This document shows positions 1-34,220 of a stretch of DNA of 64,000 bases, in pieces. The position numbers were made by a program, and so were the translations under genes. The number at the start of each line of letters is the position of its first letter. Position 1 is the stretch's first letter. The notes beneath the pieces are model-generated. The model saw nothing but the letters and a program-made list of their open reading frames with translations, made no database searches and had not been told where the DNA came from. Source of the DNA: Balanoglossus misakiensis (taxonomy: Eukaryota; Animalia; Hemichordata); NCBI GenBank assembly GCA_040954595.2, contig CM082583.2, positions 4,641,374 through 4,705,373 of the forward strand. The letters run 5' to 3'.

Positions 1-314
1 GAGTCGTTTGAGATTTGTTTGACATGGTAACGAAAACTATAATGACAAATTACTATAAAATTAAAAAAAAAGCCTTCTTCCCATGCAAAGAGACTGAAAT
101 GCGTAAACAATATAATTGCCGGCTGTAATGACGCACACTGCACACGGCACCGGTTCTTACATGTAATTTCCTTCTTTGGGTTTACATATTTTTGCGCGAT
201 GGAAATAAGCCCACTGGGTCTCATTTAGTCCGGCAGTAACACGGTAATTGTAGCTCTTGCAAAGGGTCGTATAAAAAATCTCGAAATCAATAGTCAGTCA
301 TGTAATAATTCAGA

Positions 315-342
315 GAAAGAGAGACAGAGAGAGACAGAGAGG

Positions 343-392
<50 letters not shown>

Positions 393-415
393 AAACAGAC
401 AAGACACAGAGAGAG
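315..415. repeat. (GA)n microsatellite
   Basis: Direct reading. Confidence 0.9.
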
Positions 416-1849
416 GAGTCATATTTTGTAAGGCACATAACCTCCATCAATTGTAACATTAACACACATGCAGTCGCTGTTGCAAAAGTAAGACCCAGAA
501 TGTGTCATTTCGCTGTAAACGCAGTCACTACGCCCATATTCTGCGCCGCATTTTAGAGATAGTGATTTCATAAGATTGAACTTTATACCAGAGACCTGCA
601 CGTTTCCAGTACGGTTTATCACGCTATCTACTGTATGTTCATAATATCTCTAATGGTATGAGAGAAATCGGTGTGGGGGCGCTGTGACCTGAACACGGCG
701 CTTGTCTTATACTAGTATATATTTGTACATGTACATACTAGTATACTCCAAAGCAATCTGATTAAAATCAGATGAAGGGTACGGCGACGTCTTTTACTTA
801 CGCGGTACTTTTTTTATGATGTCGCCTCACCCAAAGAATACCGTACCGTTCGTTTTTTTACGGCTGGGGGGGGGGGGGGGGCAAGTGTGTGTCATCGGTT
901 TTCAAAATCAGGCACCCCCCTCTTCACCCAGGACCAATAAAATGATGACCCCACCCCCTTGACAGGCAAAAAAATATGATGACCCCCCGAAAACATTACA
1001 AAACTACTTGTGGAGGAAAAAAAGCTTGTTTCAAGGAGCGTGCTCGTATGTCCTGATCTTATGTACACTGTATGCAATAAAGGGAAAGAGGCTCCCCACA
1101 CCTCAATTATAAATTTGTAATTGAGGTGTATAATAGTATAGTGTTGCAATAAAGAAAGCAATGAATAAATTAAAATGACAGGTCAATATAGCTGTGGGCA
1201 GAATTAATCGAACAAGAAGTGAAGGGGAACACCCCCTCCCACACGAGAAAATTTTGTAAAATACGGAGCTCAAAGTTGCATTTTAATTAACTCAAAAGCC
1301 AATTAACTCAATGTTGGGGAGGACAAATTTGACTTTTGCCACTCAAAGTAAGTATCGGTGGGGGTGGGGGTGGGGTGGGCAAGTGCTATGCCCCGGTACA
1401 CTAGATGTGGCGAAGAATGAAGGGGTGGGTGTGGGAGCATTTGGACATTTCCTGCGTTCCAATGTTTAGATTTTTTCGGATGAAAAGTCGATTCAGGCGG
1501 CAAATACCCATACACTAGGTTGGGATTACCTCCCGCCTCGATGATGCCGTTACAAATACGAACGTATACAGTCCAAGGGAGTCGTTTGCCGTATACTTGT
1601 TCAAATGAAAAGTACGCGATAATCGTCTCTCAGCAAAAAAAAGTCGCCGCGCAATTACATGTACCATCCCCAGGTACATGTAGACACGCAATTTTTAATT
1701 TTATGTATATATGGGACCCATAGACTTTTTCAGTGGCAAGTCTTTCGCAAATTTTAATTGTATGTATATATGGGACCCATAGACCAAACAGAGAGAGATA
1801 CATGTACTTTCACGTGTTGATATTTCGAAATGCGGTGACTAACCCACAC

Positions 1850-2223
1850 GAGGCTCGATAGTTATTATTAAAAGAGGGCGGGCATACATCACGAATAATA
1901 ACGGATTGCCTAATAATGCCAGATTGCGACATACATTTTATAGCTGACTGTGGTATTTATCACAAACCATTATTCTAAAAATAGTAGTTCCAAAAATACA
2001 CTTTTCTTCCTATTCAGAGAAAGTTCGGATGATTCACTGAATTACGCACAGAGTGACGCGGGTCTATAGTTCATTGGTATGTACAATTTTCTGTGTCATC
2101 AAAAACTATGCAAATATCATGCAAATTTTAACCTCGTGACTCCGCTCATGCGCACTCAGTCCATCTCTTCGCAGGGATAAGTTTACATAGAATCAGTGTT
2201 TTTGTGCGCGAAATTCTCGGTTT
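1850..2223 (+). promoter_or_regulatory. Probable NEDD4 promoter / 5'UTR
   Basis: CpG-retaining stretch just upstream of the ATG exon, with a GC box (gggcggg ~1876) and an NRF1-like catgcgca (~2147). TSS not determinable. Confidence 0.4.
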
Positions 2224-22013
<19,790 letters not shown>

Positions 22014-22063
22014 GTGGAGAAAGAAATCAGATGACGGGATGAGAAAGTGTCTTTTAACATTAA

Positions 22064-22250
22064 AGGTATACGGTCACCCATGGAAAATTAGCTATAGTTA
22101 CCATGGCAAATTGAGATCTAGCCAATCACGGATTTTCAGTGAGTGGCACACGTGAAAAAAAGGGCGCCACCATAGAATTACTTCAAAATGCTCAAATATG
22201 CCATTTCAGCCATATATGGGCATATGTAAATCGGAGGTGACTGTATACCT
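22064..22250. mobile_element. MITE family A, copy 3, 50 nt after the NEDD4 stop codon
   Basis: Same TIRs and interior; TTAA flanks. Confidence 0.85.
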
Positions 22251-24446
22251 TTAACCAATAACCTACAAATCTTGCTAGTATTCAATCTTCACCGTATCAG
22301 GTATTACAGCAACATGTGGAAGGTTGAATTTAGGAATAACAGGTCACCAAGTAATTTGCGTACATGCTTAAATTTTATCTAATCAACTTCATTTATTGCA
22401 CGTTGTCGTGTTGCTTTGTGTTTGTGGATGAGAAGTATGCAGTCTTATAGTCGGGTAGATTTTGTGTCTGGTCATGCGTGTCGTACAAGAAGGATTCCTG
22501 TCGTACTTTCTTGCTGTTGCATGAGTTATATCACACACTCGTTTACTCCATCTGACAACGAGGGCGCTCGTAAGTCCGTGAACGTACCGTTTTCTGAGCG
22601 AACCGACCAAGGCAGACGTTCCAACTTTTTGGGTGTTTTTTTCTGACGCGCTCGCGCTTCTGCCGAAGTTCGTCAGTGAAAAAAAAAATCTCGTTCCCCG
22701 CGTACACTGACTGGTTGTAATATACATATGAGGTTATACTGAATGGTTTCTCCTGCAAGCCGTACCTCATACGTAGTATGCAACTTTACGACTTGCCACA
22801 GAGGCGTCGCGGTGTAGTGCACCCTGGGCGATGGAACAGCCAACATCTGTCTTGAGAGGCTGTTTCTGAATATATCCTCTCCCAACTGGGAATTTACGTG
22901 CAGTGATCTTGATGAGTATTACTTGCAAGGATGGAGAAAAACAATATTGTATGTACATGTATAATAATAAACCTTATCAAACATAATTATGCCGTTATGC
23001 AGAAAATTAAAATATACTAGAAAAAAATTGCGCCCTGCAGCTAACAATATGGTTACTAGTACCGGTATTTGTCAAACAATTTTAAAGTCATTATAATATA
23101 CATTACTTTTTAAAAATGCATGAAATTATATACATTTCACACATAAACATCACATTTTGTCCAGATCTTTTGCACTTTTTCTATGATTGTAAAATTTTTG
23201 AAAATATTTAAGAATTGTAAAATAATAATGGTAGCATTTGACTTGACTCAAGCTTGCTTCTTATCATGGTTCATAATTAAAGCCTTTAGTCTTCTAAATT
23301 GTTTAGAGTTAAATTTTCAATGTGCTGATTATGTTTTCTGCTTTTGTATATCATGTGGCATTTTTTTTGGAGGGGGGGGGGGGTTAAAGTTTCAGTACTT
23401 GTAATTTGCATATTGTTGCTTTTGTGGGCAAGTATTCCAAAAGAGAAAAAAAGTTTGAAATTTTTTATTTTGCTGTATGGAGTTTTTAAAATAGAAAATT
23501 ATGAATGAAATGCTGCTGCTATCGTAAACGTAGGCAATAATTATTGATATGGGTACAGGGTCCACTGTAAAGAGCCTTTGACCTGAAATTGGAAAATCAG
23601 AAGTCCAAGGCCGACATGGCATTTGACAGTTTGAAGGGTAAATCTGCTGCAGGGAAATACTGGAATTTGAAATCACTCCTTGAAAGTCCCGGAAAGGCCA
23701 GATTCACTCTTGGAAAACCAGTTCTAGTAGACCATGCTGCCATAAAATGGCCACTGTCATTAAGAAAAATTCAAAGCGATTATATTACTATTGCTAGAAA
23801 ATTCTACATTATTGAGTGACTTTGAGTGTGGGTGTGTCTGTAAGATACTTTTGTGAGCTGAGGAGGGTGGTGGGTACTTGGCAGGGCTGTGATCATTGCA
23901 TTGTCATTGTTGGTCTGTGCAGTGTAGGTTGCTTGTCCATTGAGAATGGAGTGAGAGGGAACAGGTTCAAGTGACCCAGAGGAGAAAAGATAACTGCAGT
24001 CCATCTTAATTTTGAGGAACAGTTCTTGCCATAATGCTCAGATCTGTTGCAAGAGTAATGTCAATTTCTGACATAGCAGTTATGTCAAAATCTTTCAGAC
24101 AGTGTTAAAAAAAGCCAGTGAATTTTAAATTTAAAAAAAAAAACTGGCTGACCGTAATATGACATTGGAATAATGCAAGCAAAACCTGTATGTAGAACAA
24201 CTGCAGCAAAGGTGAATATTGAATGGATATTTTTTATGTTGGAAGTATACACAGCTATAGTGACGCACACAGGCTAGTGCAATAGATTATTGTAAGATAA
24301 GCAAGATAGTTCAAATAGTTTAAAGATGGAAATAGTCCAAGGTGGATACATTTTAAAAAATTAATGTGTTTTTTTTAGGGAGTCCAAGATTAGGTGTTAG
24401 GTTCTTTTGTTTTGGGAGAGATACTCTGACTTCATTGAAATTGTGT

Positions 24447-24500
24447 CCATTCATTCATTCATTCATTCATTCATTCATTCATTCATTCATTCATTCATTC
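24447..24500. repeat. (ATTC)n microsatellite
   Basis: Direct reading. Confidence 0.9.
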
Positions 24501-25917
24501 AAACTTCAAGAAAACGTAAATTTGTTGACAGTGCTCTTGAGGCTGAAATGCTTATGATTTACAAAAATGGTCACCATTATTGCATTTTGTATGGGCAATA
24601 AATCATTTTTTGGTTATTTTTGATTGGATTCCAGTTTTCCTGTTTTTGGCAATATTTTAGTGTGTGCGTATCTGATCCCTAAACACTGGGCTAATTAGGG
24701 CCAGTGGATTTAGTCCAGGGGCGAATAGATTGGGTTCCCTATGTCCAGCTGTCTTGCTTCTCCTGTATCTGCTGATTTCAATTTGATTCAAACATGATAC
24801 AAATACAATTGACTATAGGTATGTACATGCCAACTCATTTTGCAATATTATATGATTCCATATTACGGTACCACCATTAAACCATTTCATTGTAATTGGT
24901 TTCATATCCAGAGCCATTACGTACCAGTGCCTGGACAAATAGTGTTTGAACTTTGCAAAAGTGCAATCTACCATGACCTATATATTCCATCACAATACAC
25001 ATCATTACAAATTGACATGCATATGCTCATCGATAATGGGTTGCGGTGATCCAATATGGCTTCCAGGCACCCATTTTTGCTGTGACTGTCATGAATTTTT
25101 CCTGTAACTCGGACATATTTTTAATTGTTCTCTGCAAGAGGACTGCAGCATGTAATTCGTTCAAATAAGGCTGCCAGGTGGCCATTAGAAATGAATGCAA
25201 ATTTTATGGAACTGATCTCTTCAAATATGACATCAAGATTTTTTAAGTGATCAGCGGGGACTAGGCCATTGAGAATGACTTGTTACTGAAAGCTCTGGCT
25301 TCATTTAAACAATATTTGCATGTGTTGACAAGCTGAATACTTGGCATATAGCGAGAAGCACTGGCAAAAATGATGAAATAATCTCTACTATCCCTTTAAA
25401 AGGCAAATGGTGTCCACATCATTCCAAGACTTTCAGTAAACCCAATCTTTCTAGTACCGGTAAGATTCAGTGTAATTGTAATATTTAAAACAATTCCATC
25501 GGAATATAAACTTGACTTTGATAAGCTTGTTCATTCACTGCTATTATATTTAATTCACAATTAGATCCACTATTTTATTAATTACTATTATTACTTTTGA
25601 TACTGAATGAAATATTTTTTTCTTTTCAATGCTTCATATTTATGACCTATGAAGATCTAATAGCCATTAACTCAGTTTTGTGAATATTAAGTTGAACTCT
25701 TTTCTTATTGTAATAATTTTGCTATGTGCCAGTAAACACTCCATATTCCAACATCATTGCAATATCTCGTTTAACTCATATACTTGCTGTATTTATTTTG
25801 AAAATACACTAATAACCTGATTTTTTTTAAAAGTGATGATGCCTGTGTTTGTACTATTTCAATAATGTGTAAATAAATTACAATTAAAAAGATTTAATGT
25901 GCTGAGTTTGTTTCATA

Positions 25918-26128
25918 CGGTAAAACGGAAAATTTTCACAAACGATAAATTTTCGCAAACTTTGCGAAAGCCAAAAAAAAAAGCAGGGAAAAAAGTCGCG
26001 TAAGAATTTTTTCCAGAGATAATGATGCAGTTAGTGTAATACTAGAACCGGAAAATTGATTGTCGCGTAACAGTTGCCTCTTTTGATATCGTGAAAATTT
26101 CCTGTCGCGAAAATTTCCCGGTTTACGG
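25918..26128. mobile_element. MITE family D (TA-flanked); other copies at ~18446-18633 and 41154-41347
   Basis: ta|cggtaaaacgg ... ccggtttacgg|ta; shared interior ataaattttcgc, aaagtcgcgtaa, atgatgcagt, ttttgatatcg in three places. Confidence 0.75.
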
Positions 26129-29100
26129 TATTTGCATGCATTTTATTGTCCCTTGCCAACCACGTTGCGTGTCCCCCATATCAGTCTGCGTTTGAGTAGA
26201 ATTTGGTCGTCTAATATAAACCAATGTCTTTCCATGCAGTGCCCTGCTCAAATTGAATTATGAAATAAAGCTTCACCGCATACACAAATACAGACAATAT
26301 CGTGGCATATGATGAATTGGGACAGGTTGGCCCTTGGGAGCAAGCTACATGTTGTTGGTCTTGATGGAACCAGGAGAAAAAATGTGTGAGTCAAAACCTG
26401 GTTATTTAGGTCGGTGTCAACTTGTGGCGGATGAGTATGGAATAACAATTTCTGCTTATATTTTGGGTTGACCTTTTGACCTTAATTTTACATATTGGCA
26501 CTCGTGTCAAATTTCCTGGTAGAAAACCTGAACTAGATTATTTACAGGCATAATGCAGTTCTGGGTTTTCTGATTGGACTAGGGCTTTGGAGTCTGTGTG
26601 ACCTGCACAAGTAATAACAGGTGAATACTTTGATATTGAGAAAGGGATATGGGGGCTTATAGTACCATATTTCTTTTTCCATGTGTATAACTTACTCTAC
26701 TACACAAAGAAGCATTACATCAACAGACCACTTGTATTAAAGCTAGCCCATAAACCACATCAAAAGACTATATAATCATGATCATACAATTGCTGGTACA
26801 ATGACGCGGGCCAGCAATTTGCAGGTATATACACAGTGAACGTGAGGCCTGACTGACCACGCCTATTTACAAGAGTGGCAAAATATTTATATCCCTATAT
26901 TATGTATAGTGGTTCTAGCTTTGTAAGCAAACCCCAGTCAAATAAGGGTATATTCTATGCCCATTCACTCTTCACTGTACCAGCACTGTAAATGTGTAAG
27001 GTAGTCGTGTACCATGCATCAAAAATCAGTCTGGAACTTGTTCTCATACTTTGCTCAAAACAATGTTAGATTATTCTCTCTTAAAATTGAGAATAGAAAT
27101 TTGGGGTCATTGTGCAAAAGTTTGAATGAGAGAGCTTCAAATATGAAATACAAAATGGCTGCCACAAGTCAATGGAGAAAAATTAAAGTAACGATTTTTA
27201 TGAAAACAAGACAGTGAACACCATGTTTTTATTCTTTTTTTTTGTAAACAAAAAGACTCCTCACAAACTTTAATACGTATCAAAGAATTGAAAGTTTGGA
27301 GAACTAACATTTTTCTGCAAATCTGTCCCCGAGATGCCTGCCACCTGGCACACTGCCCGAATATGGCCCTGTTTTACTATATATGTCAACACAATATGTA
27401 TGTTGACAGGCTGAAATACAGACAGTTTAGCATGGCATAGGGACTACCAAGCGAGCCAAAATACTGAAGAAAATAGTCTAAAGTTTACAGTTAGCGCCAT
27501 GAGGGAGCCAGTGATTGATTGCATCACTGTGTCATGTTTTGGCCGTAGCACGTGCACATACTGTATATCATGGTTCACACTCCTGGCTTTGTGGTGATTT
27601 AAAGCTCATAAACCTCAGTTTATGTGCTCACGGAAAGATTTTAAAATCATATGCACTTTGGGATCAATCTTGACAGGTGTAGCATGCTAAGGCATGGTAC
27701 GCAGGCCCATTTCCAGACACCTGATGTCACTACTCAGGGACGACTTACCAGAACAGTTGTTCACAGTGAGCCTCATGCCTCTGTAAATGAACCAAAAACA
27801 TGTTTTTTTACCCATTTTAAAGACCTGGAATTTGGTTTTGACGTGATTTCAAATCATATCTGGAAAGTATATGATTTGATTAATATTCAGTTGGTTTTGT
27901 TGTTTCAGATCATCATGCACAGCTTTGGGAATTTTGTTACTTTATGTGATTTGATTACACAATTGGGTTTCACATTTGAAATCGCATTTGGACATTTTTG
28001 GAAATAACCAAACCATATGCTTCTGTTGTCATTGGATTTTTGGTTACAGCGTCCATCATATTTCATTGTTACATTTCTGACAACTGTGCGAACAGCACAG
28101 ACAGACAGACAAATTCAGTGTTACGTACAGATTACATGTGTGTAATAAATACAGGAAAATTCAACGTTGGTTTCAAAAAAGCAGATTTATTTGCCAAATT
28201 GACACATGCAGCCTATGTCCCAAATGCATATGTTTTGACGAGTGAAAAAAAAGACAGCTGGATCAAATGTGTCTAAACCAAGAAGGCGACCGTCAACAAG
28301 TTTAAAACGTTAAATGTAGAGAATGCTTCAGATCTCCAGAGATGTTATGGTATACAGTAACAGTGTCCTCTCAACACAGCATAAGGAGAAATTTCTGGTT
28401 TTCTGAAGGATTATTTATACAGGTGTCACTTAAGTACAAAGATGGCAATTGAAACAAAACAACATAACTTGAAAACAACAAACTAGAATGCTACTTCCAT
28501 TTCTTTGGCAAACACCTTACTAAACAGTTATTAAAATCTCAAACCAAGTTTCAGTTTGCTCCACGAATGTTCCTTTCTGTACAAATCGAGTTTGAGGTAT
28601 CAACAATGTTTGTTGACCTTGGAAACATTGGTAATGTCTTTGAACTAAACTACGTCAACACTACAAGAAAACATACAAAGTGACTTCACTTACTACTTTA
28701 AGGCATGTGTGCAGAGTACTAAAACTATCATGACTCTTGATAACACACCTGTCAATAGTTATATACACTACACGTATTATCATATGCATGTATAATGGTA
28801 TAAATAATAGCATAAATATTAGATACTACAATAAACAAACTCTAGATGTCTTTCATAAATAAAGTTAGGAAATATTAGTAACAGGAAAAGACTTGTTTAC
28901 TTTCATAACTATGTTTGCACTTAGAAGCAACAACAGTGCCATATAATATTTATGATCTACCCTGGTTGGAACCTTTGTCAAAGAAAAAAATCATTTCTGT
29001 AAATGTTTTATGCCAATATGATAAATAGCAATAAATCACCCACACATGTTGGTGTATACAACTCGCTTTTGACCAACTCACAACATACCGGTATACACAC

Positions 29101-29321
29101 AGCGATAATGGATTCTGAGATGTTTCATCAAAATTTGAACAAGTCTGACTCAGATCATCCCAAATAACAAGCTGTATGCATAAATGAGGGTTTCTGTAAA
29201 TAAGGATGTGACAACATACCCAAAGGGAAGGGGGGGGGGGGGGGGGTCACTGATAACATATGACTGATAATGCATGTTTCGAGATGTCAACCTCTTTGGT
29301 TCCTGTCCATGTAACAACCAA

Positions 29322-32300
29322 TTACATCTTCATCTTGTAGCTTCGTCTTAATTTTTTGCTGTTGAACATCATCGGGGAGTTCTTACTGTTGTCCATCATC
29401 ATTTTAAACGCATTTCTGTTTCCATCTGGTGTGCGTGGATGCAACAAAGCTGACTTCTTGGTGGCGACGGAGGCGGGGGAATAATTGACACTGACACTAG
29501 TTGCTGGTGTAGGTATCTTCGCGAGTCTCACCGGATTCACTCCCTGGTCGTGTGCAGTCACATAGTGGTACATGAGCGGATAGGCACATGTGGACGGATG
29601 GACGTTGGTAACATCCTGCAGCAAAGGCACTGGACGGCTTTGCGTGGCTTTGTTGTCGGGCGCCATGGAAACTATTGTCACCTTTGACGGAGAGGCCGTG
29701 ATTGTTGAAAACTGGTTCTGCTGATGAGCCCTCCACGGCTTGCCTCTGCCGCCCGGCCATGTTAGCGGCGAACTGGTCTCAGTCGACCGTTTCTCAGGTA
29801 CGGACGATCCGGCAGCTTCTGTTCGCTTGAGGTGACTTCCTGGCCAGTGTGCGGATCCACCATCAGAGAAGGGCTGCTGCGACACAGTACCTCGTCTTCC
29901 ACTGGTCTTAGGGGCCGGGCGAGGCAGAGCAGGACTGGGCTGTGCATTATCCACGCTGGGCGTTGGCGGCATTCCCAGGCGCATCCCACCAACAGGTCTG
30001 ACATTCGCAGCCACTCTGGGACCGGCATCACCACCGCCGAGGCATCCCCGCGTCGCCAGAAACCGCTCCCTGATTTGGCCGACGTCGCCCCAGCCCGGAC
30101 TGACGCTCGCCAGCAGGCTCTTTGGTACCGAAGACCACGCGTCTCCTTGGCTCGACGCACAGCTATCGGTGGAATCACTGTCCTGCCCGCACGAAAACCA
30201 GGCGTCGTCACAGGAGGAGGTGGTGAATACCGGCGAGCTTGACCCGCAGCTGAAGGAAGAAGAAGGCGAGCGGTCAAAGCTATCCGGCTCCCATTCTGAG
30301 CCACTGTCATCTCCAGCTCTTAATGTAGCATTTGAACCCTGCTTCCTTGTGCCTGGTTGACCGTTTCTACGCAGATGGCTGTATCCACCTGGTCCTTTAC
30401 TCCTTCCGACATCACTGGCTCTCAAATCCTTGTACTTCAGCTGATGCAGTATCGGAGCTGTGCATGAAGAGGAAGGAGTGGTACAAATCAATGAATCTCC
30501 ATCACTGACATAGGTTATACTGTGTGCAAACATATTATGTTTGCATAACACGCGTACAGGAACTACTGTCCATGTATTCTGGAACGCAAAATCTACCAGC
30601 TACAGAATCAAAGTCACTGTAATGCTACCACCAGTGTGCCCTCTAAGCCCATATGACGCACCACTAACTCAACAAACTCACTGGTGACTCAAGAAAATTA
30701 TCCACACCACCATGTACATGCAAAAGTATGGGACCGACTCAGAGAAATTTCTAGAAATCCACAAATTCACTCAAAGCTTTTAAACATGCTTGTTTGCTTT
30801 GACGGCACACTGGCTATCACTTTGATGTGATTTTGTAGTAGACATATGAATGTTTATGTTTCATGTCAATTAAAATAGGGGAGGCCTCATCTACAGGTAA
30901 TCACATTTTGTGAATAGCCAGTGGTATTTTTTTTCATACCTTGATAACTTTTCAGTGAAGGTCTTCTCTTCCTTCTTGTGGCTTGTACTGAATGATCCGG
31001 TTTTGGTATGCTGACCTTGGATATCAAGTAGTGCTTCGAAGAAGGTAGCAATCCTTTAGCTTGGTCGATGGCCCCTTCAAACTCCTGTACGTCAACCCCA
31101 TACTCTATCAACGTACACAGACTGTCTGCCAAACTGAGAACCAGCGAGTTGAAGGATTCTGCCATCAAGTCTGCATTGAGGAAAAGCACAGCAATGATTA
31201 CGAATGCCCACTCAAATGTATACAGTCAATGCCATAAGGTAGTGTGCTGTCTGTCCTAACAACCGACAAGATGGCTGTGACTATAGTCTGTGTTGAAGAT
31301 TGGCAAAAGACAGCAAAGAGAAGGAAGCGAAGGCAGTCCAGTATTTGTATGTGTCAAACGCAAATTTTGCAGAACATTTGGATTAGACATAATGTTTGTA
31401 CACACGAAATTATGCACATATGCATAAGACAATCGTCGGCCTTTAATTATGCCTTCAGATGTTCTAAAACTGTACTTTTTGGTATTGTTTGGACCACAGC
31501 CTGGCACACTTGACAAGGACACCTTAGCTTTTCCATAACTCAAAGAAAAATCACTTAAATTGTCTACCTGATCGCGCCAAAGGCAAAAAACTCCTCCATA
31601 CTGACGCCAATTTACCAGTAAAACCACCAGCGTCTTGATCGTAGAACAACGACCCTTCTGATGGTGTGACAAAACCAAATGAAGTACATTCATTGGCGAA
31701 GTAGTCTGTTAATCCGAGAAGTAAGGTGAAGTTCTCTTCCGGACTTTTCATGCCACCAATCAAATCCTATTTGGGACGAAAACATGACAGCTAAGCTTGC
31801 TGAAAAACTCATGATGGATAAATAAAGTAATTCATGATCAAAATGCAATTCTAATAGCAATTACGTTTGGTGTTTCTTGTGATATTTACAATGTGTGGTA
31901 AAAAGTATGTAATGTACATGCAATAACGCATACCAAAAGAATATTATTGTACAGCTCCACCAGCTGTAACGCGTGACATTTTTTAAGTATTTTTATTCTG
32001 TGCATCAGTCATGGTTTATTGTCCCCCCCCCCCCCCCTCTACATAGCTAAATCACATCATTGAACCAAAGAAAATGTTCAATCATGTCATTGATCAATTG
32101 AAGTTCTGGATACTGATACTAAGTGATACACAGGCAGCCTTGGAACCTCATTTTAAAGTGACCTTTGATCCAGGTCAAAAGTCACCCGAGTGTTGCCTAT
32201 ATCGGCCCTGCTTTAAACCTATAGCAACTTTTGGATCCCATTTTAAACATGGTTACAATTAACATTTGATATTAGTCAGAAGTTGCACCAGCGATTTATC

Positions 32301-34206
32301 ATGGATTATGCGGCAAATTATTGGGCATTATTGGAATACAATGGGGGCAGCAACAGTGCCTCAGTAATGAGTAGACAGTTTAATTAATCAGGTTGACACT
32401 TTCATTGTGATGTGCTTGTATATTGCACTGGTCAGATGTGGAAAGCAACTAAGGCAATCTTGTGAGTCAACACAAGAGATCATTTCATGTAAATAACATT
32501 ATATTTCCTCTGATGGACCTTATGAGATAACGAGTTATCAGTTATTTTTCTGAAGAGCAATTGTTGACAGTGATCAAAAATGGCCTCATAAAAACTACCT
32601 AGTGCATTTGTATTGTGCAATTCAGTAAAATAGTGGGGGGGGGGGAGAGATACAGCAGCAGTAACAAAACCTCATAGCCAATACAATTTTAAACCTGATT
32701 TTTACGGTACATTGGTGATACTAGTAATTAAAGTGGTCCACAAAATGGCCATCTTGATATTATATCTTTTAACACCACTTCACTGTTTAATTTACTCAGG
32801 AAAATATGCAGGCATTTTGCGGAGGCAATCATGCAGAAATAGAACTGCATAAAGCTGCTGTTTTATATTCCACTTAAACAAGAAAAGCTAAATGTAGAAC
32901 TGTTTATCAAAAGTTACAGGTATGATAGTGTTCAGACCAAAATGGAGGATGGCATATCAAGGCGAGTTTGACAAAATATTGCAGCTCCTTTATGAAACTT
33001 TTTGTGAATATACAACAACATACAATTGTAAATGACGCAATGCAAGAAATTTCAAGTGTTTATACTTTATATAAGGGAGTAGTTGTTAAAATTCATTACT
33101 ATGAAATTCAGTACCCCAAGGCCATATTTTCTATTGTCCTGTACTGTGTACGTGTAATTATTATTAATCATCATTTACAATTCTTGCTAATGTATATTTT
33201 CGTAAAAAATACCCTTACTTGTACGCAACCACAAAAATGCAGGGTTTGCAAAAGTGACAAAAATAGACCAGTTATTGTGTGTTATGAATACATGATTATT
33301 TGTAAAGAATGACTGTCATTACTAACAATAATCCAATGCCTTTCCTCAAATTTAACATCTGCAGACAGTAAAACATAACAATGAGGAGCAAAACAAAATT
33401 CTGTTTCACTCTTTGACAGTTATCAGTTTACATCTTTCTACATTGTATGGTTAAGGGCGGGTAAGAAATATCCCCTAACTGCATTATAACAGGAGGTAGG
33501 CTTCAAATCCTCATACGATGCACCAGAAAAATTGTAGTTTTTATCATTATTGTAATAGTTAAGATGTAAAATAACTAATACGGTTACCACAGTGTTCTGT
33601 GAAAAACTGCATATGGATCTATTCTGAGATCACCAGATTCTACACTATAGGTTTTAGAGTTAAGTTACATGTAGATGATCATGTACCGTACATGTTTGTT
33701 TCAAAATTACATGAATATGCAGATGATTTTTTACACAATTCTACTACTAACCATGTGTGACCTTGTGAGCCTATGATAAATAATTATTTTATACCACCAC
33801 ATGACCTAATTACAACTCATAAAGCTAACCACTTTAAAGGTATACGGTCACCTATACAAATTTAGCCACAGTTACCATGGTAAATTGAGATCTAACCAAT
33901 CACAGATTTTCAGTGGGTGGCACACGCGAAAATAAAGTGTTCTTTAGAACACTCAAATACGCCATTTCAACTATATATGGCGATATGTAGATTGGAGGTG
34001 ACCGTATACCTTTAAGCGATAGCCTGTACTACAGCTGTAGTATATTTCCCAATTCACTCAGTATTTTTCGTGCTTTTCACCCGACGATTTCCCAAGTTAG
34101 TCGACACGATGGCGTCACATGTAATAGTTGACTTGGACAATGAATGGGCATGCACATTGCTCCGGCCCATTGGTGAAGTCCTGTTAAAATCACCATGACA
34201 ACTCAT
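29322..34206 (-). CDS. Uncharacterised ~585-aa protein: apparently globular N-terminal third, long Ser/Pro-rich C-terminal region ending ...RNAFKMMMDNSKNSPMMFNSKKLRRSYKMKM
   Basis: Exons 34206-34081 (from first in-frame ATG), 31766-31568, 31170-31016 and 30599-29322 join in phase (0,1,0) through GT-AG sites. The last exon is a 426-codon open frame. The 5' end is less certain; no family recognised. Confidence 0.7.
33838..34011. mobile_element. MITE family A, copy 4
   Basis: 174 bp, nearly identical to copy 1; TTAA flanks. Confidence 0.85.
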
Positions 34207-34220
34207 TTGATGTTCAGGTA

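Noticed and set aside
419-622. Cys-containing 67-aa minus ORF that could be a terminal exon
   Set aside because: No recognisable domain, weak acceptor and no partner exons found.
1686-1785. Twice-repeated ~38-bp unit (...atgtatatatgggacccatagac)
   Set aside because: Only two copies; a local duplication, not a CRISPR-like array.
22472-22524. Hairpin tcatgc...caagaagg / ctttcttg...gcatga in the NEDD4 3'UTR
   Set aside because: Large asymmetric internal loop; matches no miRNA or SECIS pattern I can recognise.
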